Below are positions 40,662 through 54,350 of a DNA stretch of 64,000 nucleotides, piece after piece (the stretch's first letter is position 1; the number at the start of each line of letters is the position of its first letter). The stretch comes from Camelus dromedarius (lineage: Eukaryota): positions 99,822,001 to 99,886,000 of the forward strand of contig NC_087472.1 of the NCBI RefSeq assembly GCF_036321535.1, given 5' to 3'. The position numbers and the translations under genes are program-made. The notes below the pieces were generated by a model that worked only from the letters and a program-made list of their open reading frames with translations, was not told the DNA's origin and made no database searches.

Positions 40662-41855
40662 AAAGAGTCAGTGGGCAAAGGCATGTTCAAAGATCAAAAT
40701 GGGCTCATGTCTTAGAGGACAATAAAATCTTAACCTCTGGGGTTATCATCTCTACCAGAAAAGAGAAAAAGGAAGAAGTGTACCTTATTGTTTTTCTACA
40801 TATTATCCTCTGACTTTCAGAGGGTTGTAAAATGTCCTGATAAAGTGTTAGTTAAATCAAGTTATGTTTCCAGAGAGAATCAGATGACCCTTCTTGGAGG
40901 GGGTGGGTTGTGGCTTATTAGAAAATACATCAGCTTGACATTAAAGATCACACCATCATCATTTTTTGCTTAATTTCCAAGTTTTGGATAGTTTTTCTGC
41001 ATAGACCACAATAGACCATAACATAGGGCGCAGTAATAGGAGGCACTAGGGTGAAATTCTCAAAGTCATTTATTTTCAAAAAATATCGCTGCCCTTCTGA
41101 GACATGAAAGAGCTGCATAGAACAGAAAGACGGTTGCCTCTCAAAGGCAGATGTGGGCTCTTTGACAAGGGTTCATTTCCCCCATGTTGGATTCAGTGAC
41201 CATTGTCCCCCTTTCAGAACCTTACCTCAGAGCCAGGCAACACTGGACTTTAGTCTCGCAGAGGATTTACCAGCAGCCCTTTTTCTGGGTTCTCTTGACC
41301 TGTATCCATAGACGTTCATTCTTTAACGGCCTGTCAGAGGAATTTAAAAATGCCAAGGCCTTGAACTGACAGCCTGGGCCTCCATGCCTGGGTCTGCCTG
41401 CTTTGGGGGCAACCTTTATGAAGTGCAGCGGGACCCAGGCTCTCGACCTTTGGTTGCTCACAAATAGACGAGTAGAGAGCAGGAAGCTGCAGCATGGGTT
41501 AAAAGAATATGCTTGTTGATCTTGAAGTTGGTCTGATGCTGTCTGTGAGGAAGTGTGAGGTAAAAGTATGCTCTACACGCCGCAGGCCCCTTTGCTGAAG
41601 GCTGAGGTGTGTTGACTTGTAGTTGCATGTCTTATGCGGTGTGTAACAGTTTTTAGCTTGGTTTCCCGTGGCCTCGGCTCTCATTTGCTAGGTGTTTTAG
41701 ATCTCTCTTTGGCATATCCCAGAGCCTGTTTTTTTGCATTTGTGTAGAGTGGTTGGTGAAGATGCTTGTTTTTTAATTGATGAGGTGAAAGGTCAGGATT
41801 TTGCATCTTTGCACCAGTCTGAGATAAAGGAGTTACTTTGTTTTTCTTTGAATTC

Positions 41856-42154
41856 CTTTTTTTTTTTAAATTGAGGTATAGTCAGTTTACAATGTTGTGT
41901 CAATTTCTGGTGTACAGCACAATGTTTCAGTCTTACACAAACATACATATATTCCTTTTCATATTCTTTTTCAATATAGGTTACTACAAGATATTGAATA
42001 TAGTTCCCTGTGCTGTACAGTAGGTCCTTATTGTTTATCTATTTCATATTCAGTAGTTAGTATCTGCAAATCTGGAACTCCCAATTTATCCCTTCCCACC
42101 CCCTTCCCCTGCTGGTAACCATAAGTCTGTTTTCTATGTCTGTGAGTCTGTTTC
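41856..42154 (-). mobile_element. Young L1 3'UTR fragment
   Basis: Poly-T followed by the same 3'UTR as at 38.4 kb. Imperfect TSD TGTTTTTCTT(T)GA(A/T)TTC at 41839-41855 and 42155-42170. Confidence 0.88.
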
Positions 42155-43772
42155 TGTTTTTCTTGATTTCAGAAAGAATCACAAATTTACTTCAACAACT
42201 GGCATAAAGTCGAGATTTCCAAGTTGCTGTTCTGTGCTCAGAGACCCTGAAGTAGATCTCTTTGATCAAATTTCACTTTGTTTTTCAACCCAAGGGCCAT
42301 TAATTTTTGTGAATTATTGGAGTACTGTTTTCAAGGGACTTGTCTCTCTTGGAGAGGTAGCAGGAGTTTTCCAGGTGTTTTAGAGCTTGCGGGGTGTCTT
42401 CCTGCTCACAGCATCTAGTTGCGATGTGCTCAGGTGTGTGGGGAGCTCTCTCTGCTGTCCACACCCCTCAAGGGAGTGGTCACTGGGTGTCTGCTGTGTG
42501 CCGGCACCAGAGGCTCTCAGCACAAATGAGACACACTGAATGGAATATTGTATTGTTACAAATGTAACTTCTACTGCGGGAGGACAGCATTAGCTCCTGT
42601 GACCTGGCCTTCAGTCATTCTGTACCCTGGAGAGCACGTGTCAGACAGTGTTCTGCAAAGATGTTCCTGATTAAAATGCCACTTGAGGAGGTTTTGAGTG
42701 GATTCATCAGGCAGCGCTGTTGGAACGTGCTAAATGAACCTACAGTTATCTTTTGGCCCTGATTGCTGTGTTACTTTCTGGAATAATAATGACTCCATTC
42801 TGTTGCAGGCTTACTGGCTGCCGGGCATTGAATGTATAATCTGCCCATGTCTGTCTGTGTACAGCGACTGAAATGCGTTGAACACTTATGCCAGGCAGGA
42901 AGGAGGCTGAGCCCGTCACGTGTTTTATCTCATTAAATCCTCATCCCACTCTAAGGCATAGGTACCGATTTTTTAGAAGAGGCAACTGAGGCATCTCAAG
43001 GTTAAAAGAGTTACAAGCTAGTGAGGAGTAGAGAGTGCTTTGGAACCAGAGCTCAAGCCGGCCGAATGGTGTCCGAATGTCCTGGTGGAGTAAGCCCCTC
43101 ACTATCCTTACCCGCTGCATCCTACCTTCTCTGAGTGTCCAGTCAGTACTTTGCATATTTGCACCACTCTGAGATAAACCGCACAGTTACTCTGCTGTTC
43201 TGGAGGTAAGACAGAATTACTCCAACAAGTGGCATCAAGGAGAGATTTCTGGGTTGCTCGTCTATTTTCAGAATCCTCGTTGTTAACTGATAGTGAGAAT
43301 TTTAAAGGATTCTCTTCAGAAGTCAGCACTTTCAACTCAAAAGAGCCCCCTTTGCCTGGATTTATGGGCTTGAGCTGTTTTTCTTACGAATTCTGAAAGC
43401 CAGGCAATTTGGAAAAATGTTTCATTTTACTTGTTTGTAAGGAAGCTTGTTATTTTGCAGTGTTCAGGATAAGCTTTTCAGAAGGAGTTTGTCTTTTCTA
43501 AGAGTGGGAAATAATACAGATGTGTGACAATCTAGTCGTTCTCCACCCATGGGGCCCTTAAAGCAACCCATTCCAGCTTAAGTTATTCTTTAACTTTAAA
43601 CATATAGTTTTCTTTTAAAAAGTAAAATCTTAAAACTCACAACTGGAGCCTGTTCAATGCTGTTATGAGAAATGCCATTCCAGGAAGGGTGCGGAGTAAT
43701 TAAAGAGGTGTTACCAGTAAGAACTATACCAGTTGGCAGATTCCTCAGGCTTTGTCACTGTTGCAGTGTAGG

Positions 43773-43774
<2 letters not shown>

Positions 43775-43827
<53 letters not shown>
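43775..43827. repeat. (GT)n microsatellite
   Basis: Perfect GT run of about 26 units. Confidence 0.95.
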
Positions 43828-43828
<1 letters not shown>

Positions 43829-44524
43829 AGAGGTGTCTTGTGACTCAGGGAGAACAGTCCCCTGACCGAGTTGATCTTGGTGATTATGCATAACGGAGTC
43901 TTATTTTCTTAGTGACAGGATTATCAAATCTGAGCTTAGAAAGGGACTTTGAAATCATGTGTTTCAACCCCCAGCTTTCTAGCCGATCAAAATCTAAGCC
44001 ATCTAAGATGTTGCTGTGATCATTAATGGACATTTAAACTTGTGAAGTGTGGGTGTCCCACAGGGTACCCCATGCCAGTGGGTCTCCAGTCTGACCCTGC
44101 TCCAGGCGCACTGCATCGTCAGAAGTTTGGAGTAGGGGCAGGAGTTGGGATAGGGGCCTTAGCATATTTTTTAAAAGTTCAGGTGATTTGATGCTTGATA
44201 AAACTCTAGCACTTCTTCTGTACAATAGTACTGATAGGCAGTGTCATCTTTAATATTATTTCTCAGGCACATGGGCTCGTAGACTGTGACCTATAGTTCT
44301 ACATTGGAAAATATTATGTTATTTCTAAAGTAGCTTTATGAATATGTAAGGGAGCACAATCAAGCTGGAAATTATAAAAAAAAAGTGTATTACAAATATG
44401 CAAACAACATAGCAATATGTAAACAATGCTGAATTTGAGTCCATTAGAATGAATACATTCTAATTGCAGAAACTCTGGAAAGACTAAATATTGGACTAAA
44501 CACTACCTTCTACCCAGTGATAGT

Positions 44525-45090
44525 GAGGCAGGCAGAATTTCTAGGAATGGTTCTCAAGATTCCACTCCCGAATCCCCAGAACCTGTGAATGTGATGAGCT
44601 GTCATTCCAGTCATTGTGTTACATCATTTGGTGCAGTTGACTTGACAAAAGGGAGGTGTCCAGATGGGCCTAATCTTAGCACATGAGCCCTTAAAAGCAG
44701 AGAAATTTCTCTGCCTGGTGGCGAAAGAGGAAGTCAGAGAGATTCAAAGCTTGTGGAGGGCTTGTGGAGGACTTGTGGCTTTGAAGATAGAATGGTCACG
44801 GGAGAAGGAATACAGGCAACTTTGTTGGAGCAGAGAGCAAACCTTGGCTGGCAGCCCGCAAGGAAATGGAGACCTCAGACCTACTGCTGCAAGGAATTGG
44901 AGTGTGTGCCAACAATCTGAGTGAGCTTGGAAGTGGATTTTTCTCCCAAGTCTCTAGGTAAGAGTCCAGCCTGGTTGGATTATTGATATTAGCCTTGTGA
45001 GACCCTGAGCAGAGAATCCAGTTGAGTTTACCTGGTAAATGGATGTTGTTTTAAGCTATTAAGTGTGTGGCTTAAAATACATATAGCAAA
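44525..45090 (+). mobile_element. MaLR solo LTR (MLT1E-like)
   Basis: GGCAGGCAGAATTTCTAGGAATGG…AAGGAAATGGAGACCTCAGACCTAC…GCCTTGTGAGACCCTGAGCAGAGAATCCAG…TGTTGTTTTAAGC. Confidence 0.75.
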
Positions 45091-46947
45091 TGGCCTGGAA
45101 TGGTTTGCTCCTTCCCTGCCGGCTTGTTGTCATTGGATACCAAATGGGAAGTCTGGATTCTCACCCCCTGCCCTGGGCTCAGCAGTAGTAAGTGGCCCCC
45201 TTCACCTTCTCCACAAGATAGCAGGGGAGATCTTGGAGAGGAGGGAGCTGGAGAGAGGGATTCATTAAACCCAAATAAGAAGTCTTGAGCAAAATCCTGA
45301 CTGACACATACGTGGATCTGACTAGAATTAACATGCCAAAAAGTTTGAGAAAATAAACTACAGTGTGGAATGTCACCCAGGTTTTCAGAGTGACCTCTAG
45401 GTAACACAAATGAAGAAGACCATACTAGCATTGTGAGGGCTCTGGAAACTAAACTGTCCTTGGTATCACAGCCCACAAAAGTAGTCTAGGATTTGCATGC
45501 TTAATCTAAATAGGGTCAGTGCCTGCTAAAGTTTGAATAGGATCCAGAGTCTTATGGTAGCTTAAATACCCAGGATACAATAAAGAAATCACTTGTTTTA
45601 CTGAGAACGAGGAACGTATCTTAAATGAAAAGGCAATCAGCAGATACCAACACCAGGAAGACTGAGATGTTGGCATTATCTGACAAAGATTTTAAAGCAG
45701 CCATCAGAAGAATGCTTTCATGAGCAATTACAGACACTCTTGAAACAAAAAATTAGAAAATCTCAGCAAATAAATAGGCGATATTAAAAATAGAAATTAT
45801 AGAACTGAAAAATAAATCACCATATTAAGTTCACTGAATGAGCTCAATAATAGAGATGACAGAGGAAAGAAACAATGATGTTGAAGACAGATCAATAAAA
45901 TACACCCTAGCTATCTGTTGTCTGGACAAGATAGCAACTGGTCTGGAAAAAAAAATGAACAGAGCCTCAGAGACCTTTGGTACAATAACATTAGGTCTAA
46001 CATTTGTGTCATTTGAGTCCCAGAAGGAGAAGACAAGAGTACGGAAATAAAAAAATATTCAAATAAATAACGACTGAAAACTCCTCAAATTGGGCAAAAG
46101 GGATAAATCATCAGAATCAAGAAGCTGAGTAAAACCCAAACAGAATAAACCCAAAGAAATCTTTGCCAAGATACATCATAATCAAACTTCTAAAAACTAA
46201 AGATGAAGAAAAAACAGTGAGTGAGAAACAATATGTTACCTACAGGGGAAGAATGATTTGAATGACAGCGCATTTCTCATATAAAATCATGGAGTCCATA
46301 AGGAAGTGCACAGCATTTTCAAGTGCTGAACAAAAAGAACATTTAACTCTGAGTTCTACATCTGGTGAAAATATCCTTCAAGAATAAGGAGAAAATCAAA
46401 ACATTCTCCGATGAAGGAAAACAAAGAAAATTTGTCAACAGCAAACCTACCCTTAAATAATGGCTAAAGAAAGTTCTCTAAACAGAAAAGTAAATGGTAA
46501 CAGGAGGAGACCTGGAACTCCAGAAAGGGAAAAAAAATGGATGGGTAAAAATTAGGGTATATTTAATGGGCTGTCTTTATCCATATTAGCTTTTAAAATT
46601 ATATCTAATGGTTGGAGCATAAGTTACAATATCATCTAGTGTGATGTTCAGTGTATGTAGAGACAATATATGAGAAAATTTTATTTAAAAAGTGGGGAAA
46701 GTGTAAAGAGACCTTGATGGAAGTAAGGTTTCTATACTTCACTTGAAATGGGAAAACACTGATACCAGTAGTCGCTAATGAGTTCTGTGTGTATATTGTA
46801 ATAACTAGAAAAAAAAACCCAACAAAACCTAAACCACTAAAGAAGTAAAAACCAATAAAAGAAAACTATACAATGAGATATACTCAAAAGGTCTATAGGT
46901 AAATGTACAAGTAACCCACAGGAAGGCAAGGAAAAGGAAAAAGAGGA

Positions 46948-47029
46948 GGGGTGGGGTATAGCTCAGTGGTAGAGTGCATGCCTAGCATGCTTGAGGTCAT
47001 GGGTTCAATCCCCAGTACCTCCATTAAAA

Positions 47030-47076
<47 letters not shown>

Positions 47077-47141
47077 ATAGACCTAATGGTCTCCCCCTCA
47101 AAACAAAGTTTAAAAAAAAACAAATATATGTTAAAAAAAAA
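46948..47141 (+). mobile_element. tRNA-Ala-derived SINE (Vic-1-like) inserted in the old L1
   Basis: Head nearly identical to recalled tRNA-Ala(AGC): GGGGTATAGCTCAGTGGTAGAGTGCATGCCTAGCATGC…GGTTCAATCCCCAGTACCTCCA. (TAAA)n expansion. Perfect 17-bp TSD GAAAAGGAAAAAGAGGA at 46931-46947 and 47142-47158. Confidence 0.93.
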
Positions 47142-48235
47142 GAAAAGGAAAAAGAGGAATGATAAACAGGGAATAAAGAAAAGACAAATAATACAATGGC
47201 AGACTTAAGCCCTAATATTAATTACTTTAGGTGTAAATAGTCTAAATACACCAATAGAAAGAGATAAGAGAATGGATAAAAAATGGGACTCAACTATGTG
47301 CTGTCTAAAAGAAACTCACTTGAAATGTATTGATGTAGGTACAGTAAAACTAAAAAGGTAGAAAAAGGTATACCATGGAAACAATAATTTTAAAAAAGCA
47401 GGAATGCTTTTTATATATAATATAATATCAGATAAAGAGGGCTAGAGAGCAAAGGAAATTACCTGAGACAAAGAGGAACATTACACAATGATAAAAATGT
47501 TATTACACCAAGAAAACATAGCAATCCTAAATATGTATGAACCAAACAACAGAGCTGCAAAGTACATGATGCAAAAACTGATAGAACTGAAAGATAGACA
47601 CATCCACAATAATACTTGGGAACTTCAGCATCTCTTGGCATTTGAAAGAACTTCTAAATAAGATATCAGCAAGGATGTGGAAGAACTGAACAGCATTATC
47701 AACCAAGCAGTTCTAATGAGTTTATAGAATATACTACTCAGAAACAGCATAAAACACATCTTTTTGCCAAAATAGACCATACCCTGGTTCATAAAACTAA
47801 CTTCAGTTTATTGGAAGGAATGGAAATACTCGAGTATGTTCTCTGACCATAATGTAATCAAACCAGAAATCAATAATAGAAAGGTAACAGGAAGATCTCC
47901 AAATACTTGGAAATCAAATAACACGCTTCTGAATAATTCGTAAGTCAAAGAGGATGTCTCAAAGGAAATTAAAAAAAATCAAACTGAATGAAAATACAGC
48001 ATATTAAAATTTATGGGACACAACTAAAGCAGTCCAGAGAGGAAATTTTATAGTACTAAATGTTTAAATCAGAATGGAGGAAAGGTCTCAAATCAGTAAT
48101 CTAAGCTCCACCTCAAGGAATTAGAAAAAGAAAAGATCCGCTCCCCTCTCCCCTCACACACACCAAAGCAAGCAGAAGAAAGGAAATAGTGAAGGTAAGA
48201 GCAGGAATCATTGAAGTTGAAAACAGAAAATCAAT

Positions 48236-48405
48236 ATACACAAAATGTTATGATAACTCACAAAGAAAAAAATGTGACAATGAGTGTGTATATGTCCATG
48301 AATGACTGAAAAATTGTGCTGAACACTGGAATTTGACACAACATTGTAAAATGATTATAAATCAATAAAAAATGTTAAAAAACAAACAAACAAACAAACA
48401 AAAAA
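48236..48405 (+). mobile_element. Young L1 3' end inserted in the old L1
   Basis: Near-identical reverse complement of ~18730-18877, with a (CAAA)n tail. TSD AGAAAATCAAT at 48225-48235 and 48406-48416. Confidence 0.9.
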
Positions 48406-48875
48406 AGAAAATCAATGAAAAAGCTGGTTCTTTAGAAACATCAATATAGTGGCTAAACCTTTGAGAAGACTGGCAAAGATAAAAAGGAAGATACAAATTG
48501 CAATATTAGGAATAAAACAGGGGTTGTCACTACAGATCCTGCATCTATTAAAAAGACAGTTAAGAGAATACTACAAACAATTCTACACACATACATTTGA
48601 CAATTTAAATGAAATGGGCCAATTCCTTGAAAACTACAAACTACCAAAACTCACCCAAGATGAAACAGATAATCTCAATAGTCCTGTAACTGTTAGAGAA
48701 ATTGAATTCATAATTTAAAAGCTTTCAAAAAAGAAATCTCCAAGACTAGAAGGTTTCACAGGCGATTTTCACGAAACATTTAAAGAAGAGTTAGTGTCAA
48801 TGCTACATAATCTCTTCCAGAAAATAGAAGAGGATGGAATGCCTTCCAGTTCCTTTTATGAGGCCATTATAACTT

Positions 48876-49006
48876 TTCACCTTTTTGTTTTTGTTTTTTG
48901 GTGGGGAGGGGTAATTAGGTTTATTGATTTATTTATATATTTTTAATAGAGGTACTGGGGATTGCTTAGCATGCACTCTAAACACTGAGCTATACCCTCC
49001 ACCCCC
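48876..49006 (-). mobile_element. tRNA-Ala-derived SINE (Vic-1-like, internal deletion) inserted in the old L1
   Basis: Reverse-complement SINE. TSD AGGC(C/T)ATTATAACTT at 48861-48875 and 49007-49021. Confidence 0.9.
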
Positions 49007-49060
49007 AGGCTATTATAACTTGATGTCAAAACCAGACAGACAGTACAAAAAAACTACAGA

Positions 49061-49454
49061 TCGGATGGCCCTAGAGATGATCATACTAAGTGGAGTCAAA
49101 CAGGGTAAGACAGATATCATATGATATCACTTACATGTGGAATCTAAAAAAAATGGCACAAATGAACTTATTTACAAAGCAGAAAGAGACTCACAGACAT
49201 AGAAAACAAACTTATAGTTACCAAAGGGAAAGGGTAGGGGAAGGGATAGATTGGGAATTTGGGATTAGCAGATACAAACTACTATATACAGAATAGATAA
49301 ACAACAATGTCCTACTGTACAGCACAGGAAACTATCTTCAGTATATTGTAAAAAACCTATAAGGAAAAAGAATATGAAAAAGAATCTGTATGTATGCATA
49401 ACTGAATCCCTAGGCTGTACACCAGAAACTAACATCAACTATACTTCAATTAAA
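49061..49454 (+). mobile_element. L1 3' fragment inserted in old L1 ORF2, immediately upstream of the TUBA1A retrocopy
   Basis: L1 ORF2 end and 3'UTR (…ATCATACTAAGT…GCTGTACACCAGAAACTAAC…ATACTTCAATTAAAA). TSD AAAAAAACT(A/G)CAG at 49047-49059 and 49455-49467. Confidence 0.88.
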
Positions 49455-49467
49455 AAAAAAACTGCAG

Positions 49468-51135
<1,668 letters not shown>

Positions 51136-53429
51136 AAAAAAAAAACTGCAGACCAGTATCCTTCAAGAGCATAGATACAAAGATCCTCAGCAAAGTATCA
51201 GCAAAACAAATCCAGCAACATATGTAAAGAATCATGTACTGTGACCATGTGGGGTTTATTCTAGGTATGGAAGGCTGCTTCAATGGTTTGAAAATCAGTT
51301 AATGTAATCCACCATATCAACAGGCTATGGCAGGAAAAAATAATCACATAATCTTGTCAATTGATGCAAAAAAATCATTTGACAAAATTCAACACCGATT
51401 CATGATAAAAACTCTCAGCAAGGTAGGAATATAGGGGAATTTCTCTATCTTGGTAAAGAACATCTACAGTTAACATCACACTAAATGGTGGGAGACTGGA
51501 TGCTTTCTTGAGAAAAGAGATAAAAGGCATCTGTATTGGAAAGGAAGAATAAAGCTGTTTTTGTTTGCAGCTGACATGATTCTCTACGTAGGACATCCCA
51601 AAATCTACAAAATAACTCCTGGAACTAATAAGTAAATTCAGCAAGATCACAGGATGCAAGATCAACATACAAAAATTGTCATTTCTACGTATGACCTAGC
51701 AGTGAACATATGGAAACCCAAACACAATACCATTTATAATCACTCCTAAAAAAAAATTGAAACACTTAGACATAAATCTAACAAAACATGGACATGGTGT
51801 GTGTGCTGAAACTACAAAATGTTGATGAAAGTATTCAAAGAAGATCTAGATAAATGGAGAGGTAGATACTGTGTTTGTGAATTGGAAGAGTCAACAAGGT
51901 AAAGATGTTAGTTCTCCCCAAATTAATCTATAGCTTTAAGGTAATTCCTATCAAAGTCCCAGTAAAGTGTTTTTTTTTTTTTTGTAGACTAGCTTATTTT
52001 AAAATTTATATGGAAAATCAAGCGAATTAGAATAGGTAAAACAGTTTTGAAAAGAACAAAGTAGAAGGAATCTACCCTATTTTATGGCTTACTTTAATAG
52101 CTATAGTAATTAAGACAGTGTGGTATTGGTGGAGGGATAGGTGCATAAGTCAATGGAGCAGAATAGAGAACCCAGAAAGAGACCCACACAAATATGCCGA
52201 ACTGATTGTTGGCAGAGGTACAAAAGCGGTTTGGTGACAGAAAGAGCCTTTTCATCAAATGGTGCTGGATCAATTGAACAGCCAGAGGCAAAAAAAATGG
52301 ACGTCTACTTAAACCTTACACCTTATACAAGTTATCTCAAAATGTGTCATAGATTTAAATGTAAAATATGAAACTGTTAGTTTTAGAATTAAACACAGGA
52401 GAAAATCTTCAGGACCTAGGCCTAGGTGAAGAGTTCTTAGACATCACACCTGAAGAATATTAAAGAAAACATCAATCAGTTAGACTTCTTCAGAATTAAA
52501 AACTTTTGTGAAAAACCCTGTGAAGAGGATGAAGACAGGTTACAGACTGTGAGAAAATATTTGCTAACCATATGTCTGACAAAGGACTTGTATTTCGGAT
52601 GAATAAAGAACTCTCAAAATGCAATAGTAAGAAGTCAAAATATCCAATTAAAAATGGTCAAAGATGTGAACAGACATTTCACTAAGGAAGGCATACAGAT
52701 GGAAAATAAGCACATGTTCAACGTCTTAGCCATTAGAGAAATGAAAATTAAAGTCACAAGGAGATAGTACTATGTATGTATTAGAATGAGCATTAGAATG
52801 GCTAAAGTAAAAAAAAAAAAATAGTGGTAATGCCAAATGCTGGTGAGGATGTGGAGGAGCTGGTTCTTTCATACATGGCTGCTCTGGAAAATAGTTTGGC
52901 AGTTTCTTATAAAACTAACTATGCACTTGCCATATGACCCAGCATTTGTACTCTTGGATGTTCATCCCAGAGAAATAAAATTTTATGTCCATACAAAAGC
53001 CTGTACAGGAATGTTCATAGCAGCTTTATTTATAATAGCCCCAAATTGGAAACAACCTGACTGTCTTTCAGTGGGTGAATGTTTAAACACACTCCAGTCC
53101 ATTGCTATAAGGGACTACTACTCAGCAATGAAAAGGAATGAATAAATGCAGCAACTTGGAAGGATCATAAGGGCACTGTGCTTTGGGAATAAAACCAGTC
53201 TCAAATGTTATGTAGTGTGTGATTCCATTTATATTACATTCTCAAAAAAAAGACAAAATTATAGAGTTGGAGAAAGACTACTGGTTGCCAAGGGACAGTG
53301 ACAGGGTAGGGAGAAGAGTGGTGGAACTAGAAAAGGGTAGCACAAGGGAGTTACTTTGTTAAAATGGAACAGTTCTGTATCTTGATTGTGATGGTGGTTA
53401 TGCATATCTGTGTAGGAGGTGGGATCGCA

Positions 53430-54350
53430 GTTTATGATAAGGAGGCCACCAAAGGCCTCACTGAAGGTCAAGACTTGAGGCAGTGAGGAGGGGAGCCCTG
53501 TGGGGGAGATCTGTCAGAGAGAGCCTTTCAGGCAGAACCAATAGCACGTGCAAAGGCCCTGAGGAGGAAAGTCAGTGGTGTGTTAGAGGAACAACAGAGA
53601 CCAGAGTGCTGGTGGGGAGAGACCCAGGGGAGAGCAGCAAGGGATAAGCTTAGAGGTCATGGGGTTCCAGATCGGGTAGGGCCTAAGCCTTGGGACTCTG
53701 AGTGAGATGGGGAGTAATCGTGGAACTCTGAGCTGGGGAATGATGTGGCCAGCGATGCTGTAGCCCCCTGGCTGCTGTGTTGAGAACAGACTACAAGGGG
53801 CAAGGGTGGAAGCGGGGAGGGCAGTTTGGAGGCCAACACAGGAAGCCAGAGGGAGACCAGAAGGGTGGCAGCAGTAGTAGGGAGAAGTGGGCAGATTCTG
53901 AATCTTTCTGAAAGGAAACTGCCAGAATTTGCTGATAAGGCTGGATGTATGGTGAGAGAGAGAGGAGAGAGGATTGACCGTAAGGTTTTTGTCCTGAGCA
54001 CCGGGAAGCACATTGAGGATGTGAGTCTGGATTGCCAGGGCCAGGCTAGAAGTAGGAATTTGGGAGTTTTCAAAGCCCAGACTGGATGGGATCACCTGGG
54101 GAGAAAGTGTGATCAGAGGAGAGAAAAGCCTTGGGCACCCCAGTGTTGAAAGTAGAATCAGACTTGAGACTGACAGGGAGTGGCCAGAAGAGGAGGAAAA
54201 GCATCTATGGCCATATTGAACGTGCCCGATCTCGTCTGATCTCGGATCAGGCCTGGTTAGTACTTGGATGGGAGGAGGGGAGGAGCAGAGCCAGGCCACT
54301 GAATGTTCTAGAAGGCAGGGGAGGAAGATGCTTCAGGTTGGGGAGAGAGT
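53430..54350 (-). mobile_element. L2 LINE fragment (hosts the 5S pseudogene)
   Basis: Purine-rich L2-type sequence (GCACGTGCAAAGGCCCTGAGG; CAGATTCTGAATCTTTCTGAAAG…GAATTTGCTGAT). Confidence 0.6.
54203..54274 (+). pseudogene. Truncated, internally deleted 5S rRNA pseudogene
   Basis: aTCTAtGGCCATA-TGAACGtGCCCGATCTCGTCTGATCTCGGA-TCaGGCCTGGTTAGTACTTGGATGGGAG aligns to about nt 1-89 of mammalian 5S rRNA, with a ~5-nt and a 12-nt deletion. The 3' end is missing. Confidence 0.9.

Noticed and set aside
46948..47023. Functional tRNA-Ala gene (also at 9359, 24350, 34760, 40546, 48950)
   Set aside because: Each copy has a shared AT-rich tail and TSDs, plus stem mismatches or deletions, so these are SINEs.
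53583..54299. 238-aa minus-strand ORF
   Set aside because: Runs through L2-like sequence and the 5S pseudogene, with no recognisable domain.
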